The notes under the pieces are model-generated. The model did not search any database. It was not told the origin of the DNA and worked only from the letters and a program-made list of their open reading frames with translations. Below are positions 1 through 9,035 of a stretch of DNA of 64,000 nt, piece by piece. Each line of letters starts with the position of its first letter. The stretch's first letter is position 1. A program made the position numbers and the translations under genes. The DNA is taken from the IMG/VR virus record IMGVR_UViG_2667527592_000002; one strand, given 5' to 3'. The DNA is from a virus (lineage: Duplodnaviria > Heunggongvirae > Uroviricota > Caudoviricetes).

Positions 1-2
1 GC

Positions 3-146
3 TTTGTCATGCTTCCTGAGCTGAAATACGCAATTTCAGACACTTTAAGCACTATCGTTACTTTTGTGTTTTATCTTTACTTTGATTACTTATTGAGCAC
101 TAAAATCAATGAATTATCCGAGGAAATGCAAGGTGGCTGTAAGTGA
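3..146 (+). CDS. 3' fragment of hypothetical membrane protein (start outside window)
   Basis: Frame open from window edge to TGA 144-146; hydrophobic translation; stop overlaps next ATG (TGATG). Confidence 0.25.
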   Translation, partial: FVMLPELKYAISDTLSTIVTFVFYLYFDYLLSTKINELSEEMQGGCK

Positions 147-274
147 TGGATTTTTGGGCGTTTGCCGATAAGAACCCTGGTTGGACATTTTTATTTTTGC
201 TGGTGGTTGCATATGGGGTCGAGCAAGCGGCTAAAGCCTTACGCGGTTCTGGCAAAAAGCGTAAGCGGAATTAA
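146..274 (+). CDS. small hypothetical protein, 42 aa
   Basis: ATG 146 to TAA 272-274; hydrophobic core and basic tail (GKKRKRN); below ORF-track size cutoff. Confidence 0.3.
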   Translation: MDFWAFADKNPGWTFLFLLVVAYGVEQAAKALRGSGKKRKRN

Positions 275-283
275 CAGTAATCT

Positions 284-359
284 GGCCCTTTAGCTCAGTG
301 GTTAGAGCAGGCGACTCATAATCGCACGGTCACCGGTTCAAATCCGGTAGGGGCCACCA
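284..359 (+). tRNA. tRNA with CAU anticodon (Met or Ile2/lysidine type)
   Basis: 76 nt cloverleaf read by hand: acceptor GGCCCTT/AGGGGCC, D-arm GCTC-AGTGGTTA-GAGC, anticodon loop CTCATAA, T-arm ACCGG-TTCAAAT-CCGGT, encoded CCA. Confidence 0.9.
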
Positions 360-813
360 TATTTGGTTGTAACACGGCGTATGGCACATGCGTCGTTAGC
401 GGTCTGGTGTAGCTGTTAGGTACCTTACTAACACTGCATGGGCACATCAGGTAGCCGGAATGTGCAAGTCACCGCTGGAGGGATAGCGGACTCAGGGACT
501 CACCATCCTGGCGATTCGGTGTGACAGCCGGAATAGCACGGCGCACAACAGGAAAAGGCGTTTAATTAACGCGAGCGCCGTTTCCGTTGTGGTAATTGCG
601 GCTATGCGCTCGTGACGAAGCCATTTTCATTCACTACGTTCTGATAAGTGACGTCGCCGGGAGTGGCTAACCTGGCAGGTGGAGGCACCACCGCCACAAC
701 TCCTTTCAATTCATCATATAGCCGCTCAGGCTGTACCCCTTAATTAATACGAAGTTACGACATCACTACCGGTACTTCCGGGGGATAGTCGCGCGTGTAA
801 AAAAGGAGACGTT

Positions 814-1389
814 ATGTTAATGGCGAACGATAACGCATATGCAGAAGAAGATCTCATTTTGAGTGACTTCATAGGGAAGCGGGAACGCTGGACCCAAAAG
901 CGAGAGGAACTTTACGCCTCATTAGTTCGCAAAGGCGTCAATATCGAAACCGCACAAAGCGGCGATATGACAGTGGTAAGCGTTGGATTGCACGGTGTAA
1001 GCGTGTCAGCAATCAATCATGAGCCATACGTTGCGTTATCCGAGTCAATGGTAAGGTTAGTTAAGTTCCTGAAGTACACAGAAGCGAATAATGTAATCAT
1101 TGGCAAAAAGAATATCCCTTTTTCCTCGGCTTTTTACTGGATGATGAAAGGGCTTGATGCCCGGCGGACATCATGGCCTAAAGGGAGCTATATATCGATG
1201 TTCCGTGGCAGCATTGGCAGCAAAGAAAAGCTCTTCGAATTCTTGCCGGAAGAGGCATTCGATATTGTGGAAGGGTGCGATGTGATGGTGATGCCTCGCC
1301 TGGTAATGATGAATGGGGATTTACAGGCGCAGACAGACTGGTTTGCAACTGGTGTGGATATTATCGCGACTGACTGGGAGGCTTTCTGA
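814..1389 (+). CDS. hypothetical protein (191 aa)
   Basis: ORF track; ATG preceded by AAGGAG; no recognisable motif. Confidence 0.55.
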   Translation: MLMANDNAYAEEDLILSDFIGKRERWTQKREELYASLVRKGVNIETAQSGDMTVVSVGLHGVSVSAINHEPYVALSESMVRLVKFLKYTEANNVIIGKKNIPFSSAFYWMMKGLDARRTSWPKGSYISMFRGSIGSKEKLFEFLPEEAFDIVEGCDVMVMPRLVMMNGDLQAQTDWFATGVDIIATDWEAF

Positions 1390-1781
1390 TGTACGGGACT
1401 ACCAAATTAAGCACTCAACAGGCCACCAATATGGAGTGGTCTATCGCTAACTGTAAGATTGTGTCATGCAATGCCACGCGTACTGATGTGGGCCATAAAA
1501 GCACTATAACAGGCTATCTAGTAATGACCACCAGGGGGATGAGGGTTAGATTTCGCTGGAAAGCAGAGCAAGTAACGCCATTCAGAGAGCCATCAATGCC
1601 GCTGCAGGTTGAGCAGGATTATCTATGTTTACCAGAAATAGATGGAGGAATGCTGGTGGAGTCTGATGGTAGTAAGGCTGATTTTGAAGCCAATTTGAAG
1701 CTGGCACAGGCCGTAATCAATAGTTATCGCGGAAAGTGGATCGCAAAAGTGAAACATGTTGTTCGTTTGTCTCGCTGGTAG
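1389..1781 (+). CDS. hypothetical protein (130 aa)
   Basis: ORF track; start overlaps upstream stop (TGATG), translational coupling. Confidence 0.5.
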   Translation: MYGTTKLSTQQATNMEWSIANCKIVSCNATRTDVGHKSTITGYLVMTTRGMRVRFRWKAEQVTPFREPSMPLQVEQDYLCLPEIDGGMLVESDGSKADFEANLKLAQAVINSYRGKWIAKVKHVVRLSRW

Positions 1782-1798
1782 CGTTAGGTATTTAATAT

Positions 1799-1814
1799 TA
1801 GTTTTCTAATATAA
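1799..1814 (+). promoter_or_regulatory. operator-like motif, variant copy (TAGTTTTCTAATATAA)
   Basis: Member of recurring asymmetric motif family; about 80 bp upstream of the 1890 operon. Confidence 0.35.
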
Positions 1815-1889
1815 TCATCTTTTTACCAGTCTATACAGTTTTAACATTCTCATTATCATCCCCTCGGTCATTTCCTGCCCGGGGGATTA

Positions 1890-2282
1890 ATGGAACAAAT
1901 CAGCAGCGCAGAAATTGCGGATATCATGATCAGGGCTGACTGCTATCTGACAGTCACTGAAATTACCACTCTCGCCAAAGAAAAATACCCTCATCTCCAT
2001 GTTTCACGAGTAAGTGTAACTAACATCATTCGTCATTTTGTTCGTTCAAGCAGGGCAATCTGTGAGCTGGATGATCGTGTGTATCCACGAAAATACTGGC
2101 TACATGGTCTGAACGGATATCAGTTCAAGGTGCGCGGGCGCACGCCTGAATACGGTAGCTTACTGGTTAAAAACTGTAGCAGGAAATCAGTCGAACAGGC
2201 GCGAAAAGAGCAACGAGAGCTGGTGGACATGGCGAATAAGCTGTGGAATGCCGCCGTTAAAAAGCGTGGTGTTGCTTTATGA
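1890..2282 (+). CDS. hypothetical protein (130 aa)
   Basis: ORF track; stop overlaps pacA-like start (ATGA). Confidence 0.5.
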   Translation: MEQISSAEIADIMIRADCYLTVTEITTLAKEKYPHLHVSRVSVTNIIRHFVRSSRAICELDDRVYPRKYWLHGLNGYQFKVRGRTPEYGSLLVKNCSRKSVEQARKEQRELVDMANKLWNAAVKKRGVAL

Positions 2283-3643
2283 GTCTGGTTAATTGGGAGG
2301 AGCACCGCGCCCGCTTTATAGCGTTGCGTGAAGAAAAAGGGATCACTGTAAAGGAATACTGTGAGGAGCATGGCCTTAGCTTCAATACAGCCAGAAAGCA
2401 TCTCAATATGAAAAAAAATGAGGTGCGGTCGCAGGTAAAGACAACAAAAAAAAGCACCAAATCACCTGAAAAAAAACGGGCGGGAAGAGCAACAAAAAAG
2501 CTGGAAGAGGGTGCAGAAAAAACAAAATTTACAGAAATTGACAATTCGCAGGGTGCAGGTTCTTTCCGAAGTATGCCAAGAAAGAAAACTTCGGATCATG
2601 AAAGTAATTCCAATAATAACAATGAGATAAAAGAATCTGTCAGGAGATCATTGCGCGAAAAAATGGCGAAAATGATCCCCGAAGAAGATAAAAGCGCCCC
2701 AAAAATTGAGGGATCTTCAGCAATGATCCCTGGCGGTGCTGTGCAACGTGCCACATTGCCCACTACGAATGTGGCTCGCGACATGATGAAGAACGGCGCA
2801 GAAGAACACCTGCGGTTAGCAATTCAAATGGCGCAAGAGCGCGCACTTCAGTATCAAAGCATTGTTGATCAGGAGGCCGAACGTCTACAGGCGGAAATAG
2901 ACGCCTTGGGCGATAAAGAGCCAGAAGGAATGCACCCTGGGCAGCGCCTTCTCGGTCTAATCAGTGACGCGGCCTACTACATGAATGATTTTATCAGTAG
3001 GTTGGCAGCTATATATCAGTCCGAACAAAAGCTGCGACAGGGGGATGAAAAGCTTCGTCAGAGCGCTCGCCAGCAAGCATTCAAAGAGGCTGAGGCCAGA
3101 GAAAAACTCGAATTAGCACGCCTACAGGCCGAACAGCGTGGCAAAGAGATTGAATATCGCATTGGCGCTGACGCACGCGCTGCCAGAGTTATCGCCGCCG
3201 CTATACGTATGCGTGAGCGCGAGGAACTGGATGATATCGGTGTTGCTGAATACATCGAGCGCCAGGGGGTCAGCGTCCCGGCTATCCTCGCGGCGCGCGC
3301 GGCGAAAGCTATCACTCTTCTCGAACCACCTGTTTCTGACGTCAATGATGTTGATGATGAACAGCTGGACAAAGAGGCAAGGGAGTTTGCAACGCTTCAG
3401 GCTAACCATCCGCAATGGCTGGCAGAGCGCCGGGCGGATGTGGCAACCATTGTTGAAGAATTGGGGTGCGGAGATTACGACCGCAATGGCGAGCGTAAAG
3501 CTGGAGAATTCGAGGCCAGCGACGAAGAGCTGGATATTGACCCTTCGGCAACGGCTGAAATTTACGGTGATTATGATGCATCTGATGCAGGGTATGACGC
3601 CGGAGATGATGATATCGCGATAGAACCGCCGGAGGATGATTAA
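2279..3643 (+). CDS. putative terminase small subunit (PacA-like), acidic C-terminus
   Basis: Immediately upstream of and overlapping the large terminase; N-terminal HTH-like segment; internal GATC cluster; assignment by position, not by recognised sequence. Confidence 0.45.
   Translation: MSLVNWEEHRARFIALREEKGITVKEYCEEHGLSFNTARKHLNMKKNEVRSQVKTTKKSTKSPEKKRAGRATKKLEEGAEKTKFTEIDNSQGAGSFRSMPRKKTSDHESNSNNNNEIKESVRRSLREKMAKMIPEEDKSAPKIEGSSAMIPGGAVQRATLPTTNVARDMMKNGAEEHLRLAIQMAQERALQYQSIVDQEAERLQAEIDALGDKEPEGMHPGQRLLGLISDAAYYMNDFISRLAAIYQSEQKLRQGDEKLRQSARQQAFKEAEAREKLELARLQAEQRGKEIEYRIGADARAARVIAAAIRMREREELDDIGVAEYIERQGVSVPAILAARAAKAITLLEPPVSDVNDVDDEQLDKEAREFATLQANHPQWLAERRADVATIVEELGCGDYDRNGERKAGEFEASDEELDIDPSATAEIYGDYDASDAGYDAGDDDIAIEPPEDD
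2594..2728. other. GATC cluster (5 sites in 135 bp), candidate pac-type packaging site
   Basis: GATC at 2594, 2646, 2674, 2712, 2725, mostly as TGATC[CT] hexamers; P1 pac lies within pacA and is built from Dam-methylated TGATC[AG] hexamers. Confidence 0.35.
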
Positions 3644-5151
3644 TGGCTGGCGGGCGCAAGATTAAATGCGTCACCAGCGATCCACGCTGGCGCGATATGG
3701 TAATCAAATACCGCTACAACTTTACCCAGGCTGTTGTCGATATTTTTGGGATGTTCCCCTCCCACCAGCAGCAGCAGATCATTCAGTCAGTGCAGGAAAC
3801 GGGGAGTAGGACGACCGTCACGTCCGGACACGGAACGGGGAAGTCGTCCCTTACCGCGATGTTGCTGTTGATTTTTATGATCCTGTTCCCCGATGCCCGT
3901 GTCATCATTGTTGCTAACAAGATAGGCCAGGTAAAAACAGGCGTATTCAAATACGTTAAACAGTATTGGGCGAATGCAGTTAAGCGTCATGGGTGGTTGC
4001 AGACCTATTTTGTCCTCTCTGACACCATGTTTTATGAGCGCTCCCGTAAGGGGATTTGGGAAGTTCTCTGCAAAGGTTATCGACTCGGCAACGAAGAAGC
4101 GCTGGCGGGGGAACACGCGGCACATTTGCTTCTAATTCTGGACGAAGCATCTGGTATATCTGATAAGGCGATCGGCGTAATGACCGGTGCTCTTACTGAA
4201 GAAGATAACCGGATGTTGATGCTATCCCAGCCAACAAGGCCAAGTGGTTATTTCTACGATTCGCACCATTCTCAAGCAAAAACCCCAGACAACCCGAAAG
4301 GGATCTGGACAGCAATTGTTCTTAACTCGGAAGAATCACCGTTCGTCACACCACAATTCATCAAGCAGAAGCTTCTGGAATATGGCGGGCGCGATTCTAT
4401 TGAGTACATGGTCAAGGTGCTTGGTCAGTTCCCACGAGAAATTAACGGCTATTTGCTTGGTCGTGATGAATGCGATCGCGCTGCTCGCCGCAAGGTGTTG
4501 TTGGAGAAAAACTGGGGATGGGTGGCAACGGCTGACGTTGGTAATGGGCGAGATAAGTCGGTCCTCAACATCTGCAAAGTATCTGGTCACAGGGATAAGC
4601 GGCGCGTTGTTAACTTTAAGGTAATGGAGATGCCTGGCACTATGGACCCATTGGCCTTTGCTGACTTCATATATAACGAATGTACGCCGGAAAAATACCC
4701 GAATATAACAATCGCGGTTGATGCTGATGGTTTTGGTTCTGATACGTGTGCGCAGTTGGTGCGTCGTGGTGCGAACCCGGTACGTATTCGGTGGGGAAAA
4801 CCCATGTTTGCGAACAAAGACAGGGAGCGATTTGTTAATCAGCGTGCCTACGCAAATATTATGGCGCGTGATGCCATAAAGTCAGGGCGTATGCGGATAG
4901 ACAGTGACCCTAAAACGGCAGAGCAAGCGTCAAAAATCCCCTTTTTACTGAATGAAGAAGGGAAAATGGCGATGATGCGCAAAGAGCACATGCGGCAAAA
5001 GCTAAACATCAAATCGCCTGACCGATGGGATACCTACTGCTTCACTATGCTGGTGGACTATGTGCCTGCTAATGAAGATATTGGTGCCGAAATGGCAACT
5101 TTCCGAGATCAGGTTCTGGCGGATATCGAAATGCCGGATCTGGATATATAA
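3643..5151 (+). CDS. terminase large subunit (PacB-like)
   Basis: 502 aa; Walker A SGHGTGKS, Walker B LLLILDEAS, C-terminal acidic nuclease-like region; start overlaps pacA stop. Confidence 0.7.
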   Translation: MAGGRKIKCVTSDPRWRDMVIKYRYNFTQAVVDIFGMFPSHQQQQIIQSVQETGSRTTVTSGHGTGKSSLTAMLLLIFMILFPDARVIIVANKIGQVKTGVFKYVKQYWANAVKRHGWLQTYFVLSDTMFYERSRKGIWEVLCKGYRLGNEEALAGEHAAHLLLILDEASGISDKAIGVMTGALTEEDNRMLMLSQPTRPSGYFYDSHHSQAKTPDNPKGIWTAIVLNSEESPFVTPQFIKQKLLEYGGRDSIEYMVKVLGQFPREINGYLLGRDECDRAARRKVLLEKNWGWVATADVGNGRDKSVLNICKVSGHRDKRRVVNFKVMEMPGTMDPLAFADFIYNECTPEKYPNITIAVDADGFGSDTCAQLVRRGANPVRIRWGKPMFANKDRERFVNQRAYANIMARDAIKSGRMRIDSDPKTAEQASKIPFLLNEEGKMAMMRKEHMRQKLNIKSPDRWDTYCFTMLVDYVPANEDIGAEMATFRDQVLADIEMPDLDI

Positions 5152-5170
5152 AGCCCCGCGATGCGGGGCC
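5152..5170. terminator. hairpin between convergent genes (GCCCCGC-GAT-GCGGGGC)
   Basis: 7-bp GC stem; T/A-rich run follows on the minus strand, so mainly terminates the 5179..6216 transcript. Confidence 0.5.
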
Positions 5171-5178
5171 GGTTGTGA

Positions 5179-6216
5179 TTACCAGAGCTTCGCGGCGTAC
5201 TGCGTTTGGGGGAATGTGTATCCGTAACGTTCTTCGATTGCTTTGCCGTATTTTTTACGAGCTTCATTCAGTTTAATGCCGGTCAGGTCGTCTCCAGAGG
5301 CCATCATTACCTCTAACAATTCCAGATCCATTTTATCCAGCCTTGCCATTGCTTCACGTGATGTACGTATCTTACGCTCAATGATATGGCGAATAGCCGG
5401 ATCGGCATCCTCCAGCATCTTAGCGGATTTCTGCTTAAGGCTTTCATTGCGAATATCGATGTTCCTTAAGATGTACGACTTCGCAACGTAGCTTGGCTGG
5501 TGTTTTTCCAGGTCACGAACACGATATAAGTTAAAATCGCCGAGAAGGCTGCAAGGTACCGATTCGACGCCAGAATAAATTGTAATGCTCCGGCGTTCAC
5601 CAACATTATTGACAACGGGGATCGTTGTCTTCGGTAGTCTTGCGAAAACCAATGCGCCATGTGCGCCAACTCTAAAGCGAGAAAGGGCATTGCTGCCTTC
5701 GATGTTTGTTGTCAGCACAACATCTGTATATGCCTCTTTACGCGCCCGGTAGATCTCGCCTTCAGGCTCAGCTTCAAAGAAGCGCTGTTCTTCTTCAAGA
5801 GCGCCTACGATTTGAGAAAAAACCCTATTTTTCAGGCTTTTCTTTATGATTTTGTCGTATTTTTTGAGCAATTGTTCACGTGTAAATGTACGTGTTGTTG
5901 TAGCGCTTTGCACAACAACATGCGTGCTTTGATTGGTGTCCTCAATGATGAATGGGATCGGAGAATATACAGACTCAACAATGTTCGACGCTTTGCCGTC
6001 GGCATCGCGGCACATGTCAACGAAGGCTTTCCATTCAGCAAGACATTTTTCAGCTTCTTCTAATATGTTTTGGTCATGCGTTAATGCAACATGGCGGAAT
6101 TCCTCGCCAGCATAACTGGTATCATGGAAAACAGAGTTTGCGACCACCAGCTCTTTCCACCGTTCAGCGGTTTGCAGGAACCGTTTGTACTCTTTCTCGA
6201 TCGACTTCTTACTCAT
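5179..6216 (-). CDS. hypothetical protein (345 aa); candidate lysogeny regulator by position
   Basis: ORF track; ATG with AGGA RBS; operator-like motif 16-33 bp upstream; sits between terminase and lox-cre. Confidence 0.55.
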   Translation of the reverse strand: MSKKSIEKEYKRFLQTAERWKELVVANSVFHDTSYAGEEFRHVALTHDQNILEEAEKCLAEWKAFVDMCRDADGKASNIVESVYSPIPFIIEDTNQSTHVVVQSATTTRTFTREQLLKKYDKIIKKSLKNRVFSQIVGALEEEQRFFEAEPEGEIYRARKEAYTDVVLTTNIEGSNALSRFRVGAHGALVFARLPKTTIPVVNNVGERRSITIYSGVESVPCSLLGDFNLYRVRDLEKHQPSYVAKSYILRNIDIRNESLKQKSAKMLEDADPAIRHIIERKIRTSREAMARLDKMDLELLEVMMASGDDLTGIKLNEARKKYGKAIEERYGYTFPQTQYAAKLW

Positions 6217-6231
6217 TATTCCTACTCGATT

Positions 6232-6249
6232 TAGTTTTCTAACATAAAA
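6232..6249 (+). promoter_or_regulatory. operator-like motif (TAGTTTTCTAACATAAAA)
   Basis: Recurring asymmetric motif; overlaps promoter region of 5179..6216. Confidence 0.45.
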
Positions 6250-6425
6250 TTACTATGACAAATTTATGTCGAATAACAGAGTGAGTAAAGGATCGAACTG
6301 TGATTTTTTGTCATCAATTTTAGAAAACCAACCGTAGAAACCACACTTCGCAAATTAAAGACCATGAAGGCAACGTGTTACTGGTCATCATCAATCTATG
6401 ATGGATTTAAAAAAATCGGCATTTT

Positions 6426-6459
6426 ATAACTTTAAATAATTGGCATTATTTAAAGTTAG
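6426..6459. other. lox-like recombination site (13-bp inverted arms, 8-bp spacer)
   Basis: ATAACTTTAAATA-ATTGGCAT-TATTTAAAGTTAG; arms 12/13 complementary and about 10/13 identical to loxP arms; 150 bp upstream of cre-like gene. Confidence 0.7.
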
Positions 6460-6610
6460 GCTATAATCATGTGTAGATGAACAGTGTTGACATCACTGAA
6501 AATACGTGCCTCGAATCAAAGGCTTGTATTTTGAAAATTAACTTATAGCTACCCTGTCATTTTTATATTTTTCGCGTAGCGTCATCTGTATATAGAGGTG
6601 TAATAGTTTC

Positions 6611-7639
6611 ATGGGTGAATTAATTATCTCTGGCAGTTCCGGTGGTTTTCTGCGCAACATTGGCAAAGAGTACCAGGAAGCCGCAGAAAACTTTATGCGG
6701 TTCATGAATGACCAGGGGGCTTATGCGCCGAATACTCTGCGCGACCTCCGGTTGGTGTTTCATTCCTGGGCGCGCTGGTGTCACGCTCGCCAGCTTGCCT
6801 GGTTTCCGATCTCACCAGAAATGGCCCGCGAGTATTTTCTTCAGCTGCATGATGCCGATCTGGCTTCGACCACCATTGATAAGCACTACGCCATGCTGAA
6901 CATGCTGCTTTCGCATTGTGGCCTTCCGCCACTTTCGGATGATAAAAGTGTTTCTCTGGCTATGCGGCGCATCCGGCGCGAAGCAGCAACTGAAAAAGGC
7001 GAACGAACAGGCCAGGCTATACCGCTGCGGTGGGACGATCTGAAACTGCTCGACGTCCTGTTGTCCAGGTCAGAACGGCTGGTGGACCTGCGCAACCGGG
7101 CTTTTCTCTTTGTTGCATACAATACGCTGATGCGTATGTCGGAAATCTCGCGTATTCGTGTAGGAGATCTGGACCAGACAGGTGACACTGTCACGCTACA
7201 TATTTCACACACGAAGACAATAACGACCGCCGCCGGGCTTGATAAGGTGCTTTCCCGTCGCACTACCGCTGTGCTGAATGACTGGCTGGATGTTTCCGGG
7301 CTTCGCGAACATCCTGACGCAGTGCTGTTCCCGCCGATACACCGTAGCAATAAGGCCAGGATCACGACAACGCCCCTTACTGCACCTGCAATGGAGAAAA
7401 TATTCAGCGACGCCTGGGTGTTGCTGAATAAAAGAGATGCTACGCCAAACAAAGGAAGATACCGGACGTGGACCGGGCATAGTGCACGCGTCGGGGCCGC
7501 TATTGATATGGCTGAAAAGCAGGTGTCTATGGTGGAGATCATGCAGGAAGGAACCTGGAAGAAACCGGAAACACTTATGCGGTATCTTCGCCGTGGCGGC
7601 GTGTCTGTGGGGGCTAATAGCCGCCTGATGGATTCGTAA
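6611..7639 (+). CDS. cre: Cre-type tyrosine recombinase
   Basis: 342 aa; long collinear similarity to P1 Cre including GHSARVGAA...W...Y active-site region and NTLMRMSEISRIRVGD block. Confidence 0.9.
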   Translation: MGELIISGSSGGFLRNIGKEYQEAAENFMRFMNDQGAYAPNTLRDLRLVFHSWARWCHARQLAWFPISPEMAREYFLQLHDADLASTTIDKHYAMLNMLLSHCGLPPLSDDKSVSLAMRRIRREAATEKGERTGQAIPLRWDDLKLLDVLLSRSERLVDLRNRAFLFVAYNTLMRMSEISRIRVGDLDQTGDTVTLHISHTKTITTAAGLDKVLSRRTTAVLNDWLDVSGLREHPDAVLFPPIHRSNKARITTTPLTAPAMEKIFSDAWVLLNKRDATPNKGRYRTWTGHSARVGAAIDMAEKQVSMVEIMQEGTWKKPETLMRYLRRGGVSVGANSRLMDS

Positions 7640-7642
7640 ATT

Positions 7643-7658
7643 AAATTTCTAACACATC
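7643..7658 (+). promoter_or_regulatory. operator-like motif (AAATTTCTAACACATC)
   Basis: Recurring motif; just downstream of cre stop, upstream of 7713 operon. Confidence 0.4.
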
Positions 7659-7712
7659 TTTTTAGATTAACGCCTTTGCTGTAAAGTACCCTCGCCTATT
7701 TAGGAGGGTGCT

Positions 7713-8057
7713 TTGCAGAGTCAAATCACGGAATCAAGACGCTTCAAGGTGGATGGTTACACCGTAACCTTCGCCGCTGGTGTTAAGAACAGTCATGCTG
7801 TCGTTGTGTTCGGCATCATGACCGGGCTTGAGGCCGTCCCTGTGTTTACCCTCGAAAAAAACTGGCGAAATCTGGAGGAAGCAGAAAGCTACGTCCGGAA
7901 AGTAACCATCATTGCCGCCGAAAAACTCCTGGCCCACTATCAGGAAAATTATCGCACTATGGTCGAGAAGATTAATCTCGCTTTCACTCGCCCCACTACC
8001 GGCTTTATTGCACCGGATACTAATGCAGGTCGATATCCTGCAAGGGGGCGTCGGTGA
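7713..8057 (+). CDS. hypothetical protein (114 aa)
   Basis: ORF track; TTG start 5 nt after AGGAGG. Confidence 0.45.
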   Translation: MQSQITESRRFKVDGYTVTFAAGVKNSHAVVVFGIMTGLEAVPVFTLEKNWRNLEEAESYVRKVTIIAAEKLLAHYQENYRTMVEKINLAFTRPTTGFIAPDTNAGRYPARGRR

Positions 8058-8530
8058 AAACTTATTACCCATCTCTGAATTGTTACCCGTCTTCCTATCC
8101 AGAATTATCCGGGAAGCTGTTAGCTCTATTAGCTAAAGCACCTACGGAATGGTTTAAGCCAGTCGTTATCAATCCACACTTCCTGGATTACGGATCTGTT
8201 CGCACTCGTAACGAACTCAAAAACCTACTGGCGCATGGATTCATTCGACACCGTGCCGGGAAAGGCTATCAGTTAGCGATTGCGCCAGAAGAGGCCATGC
8301 GGCTATTCGCATATCGTGACAGCCAGACAAAAGCTCGGGTAATAGCTCAAATACTTCATAACGGCAGCACCTATGCCCGCCAGTTTGGCGGCGACACGTC
8401 GCAGTTCTTGCGGGCGGTGCGATCGCTGGAGGAGCAAGGAGTTATTGAAAGTTCCTGTCTTCCTGTTCCTACCGTTCCACATATCAAACGTCGGGTTTAC
8501 ACCTTCACGCAGAGAGCTAAAAAACAATGA
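8054..8530 (+). CDS. hypothetical protein (158 aa)
   Basis: ORF track; GTG start overlapping upstream stop. Confidence 0.45.
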   Translation: MKTYYPSLNCYPSSYPELSGKLLALLAKAPTEWFKPVVINPHFLDYGSVRTRNELKNLLAHGFIRHRAGKGYQLAIAPEEAMRLFAYRDSQTKARVIAQILHNGSTYARQFGGDTSQFLRAVRSLEEQGVIESSCLPVPTVPHIKRRVYTFTQRAKKQ

Positions 8531-9021
8531 TTTACGTAAAAGTGAAACGCCTACATCCGGCAGCAAAACTTCCAGCTTATGCCACCTCCGGATCGGCGGC
8601 GATGGATTTTGAGGCTGTTGAAATAACACCATGCGTCGATAGCAATGGTGAAATTTCCTCAAGCTGGTGGGTGCATACCGGACTGGCTATGGAGATCCCG
8701 CCCGGCTGGTGTCTGAAACTCTATCCGCGATCCGGATTGGGCTGCAAAAAACATACTCGCCTGGCTAACTGCGTAGGAATTATCGACTCCGATTATCGCG
8801 GTGAAATCATGGCAAAACTGATTACTGATCCCGGCGGGGAAGGCGTTTGTCTCAAGCCTGGAATGGCTGTCATGCAAGGCATTTTTGAGCGTGTTGAACA
8901 AGTCTCACTAGTCGAGGTTGAGGAACTCAACGAAACGGAACGTGGTGCTGGTGGCTTTGGTAGCACATCGGAAGGCCACTTTGAAATTAAGCGTTCACCG
9001 CTTCAGTACGAAAAGTTATAA
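8527..9021 (+). CDS. dut: dUTP diphosphatase (dUTPase)
   Basis: 164 aa; motifs GIIDSDYRGE and RG(A)GGFGSTS typical of trimeric dUTPases; ATGA overlap with upstream gene. Confidence 0.85.
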   Translation: MIYVKVKRLHPAAKLPAYATSGSAAMDFEAVEITPCVDSNGEISSSWWVHTGLAMEIPPGWCLKLYPRSGLGCKKHTRLANCVGIIDSDYRGEIMAKLITDPGGEGVCLKPGMAVMQGIFERVEQVSLVEVEELNETERGAGGFGSTSEGHFEIKRSPLQYEKL

Positions 9022-9035
9022 GCAGAGAAAAGACT

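Noticed and set aside
380-560. tRNA-like fragments downstream of the CAU tRNA (TGGTGTAGCTGTTAGG resembles a D-arm)
   Set aside because: Could not assemble a complete cloverleaf with acceptor stem and T-arm; possibly a decayed tRNA remnant.
3058-3707. ORF-track entries inside the pacA-like gene (3058..3372-, 3122..3415-, 3138..3623+, 3402..3707-)
   Set aside because: Shadow or overlapping frames within a well-supported coding region; no RBS, repetitive low-complexity translations.
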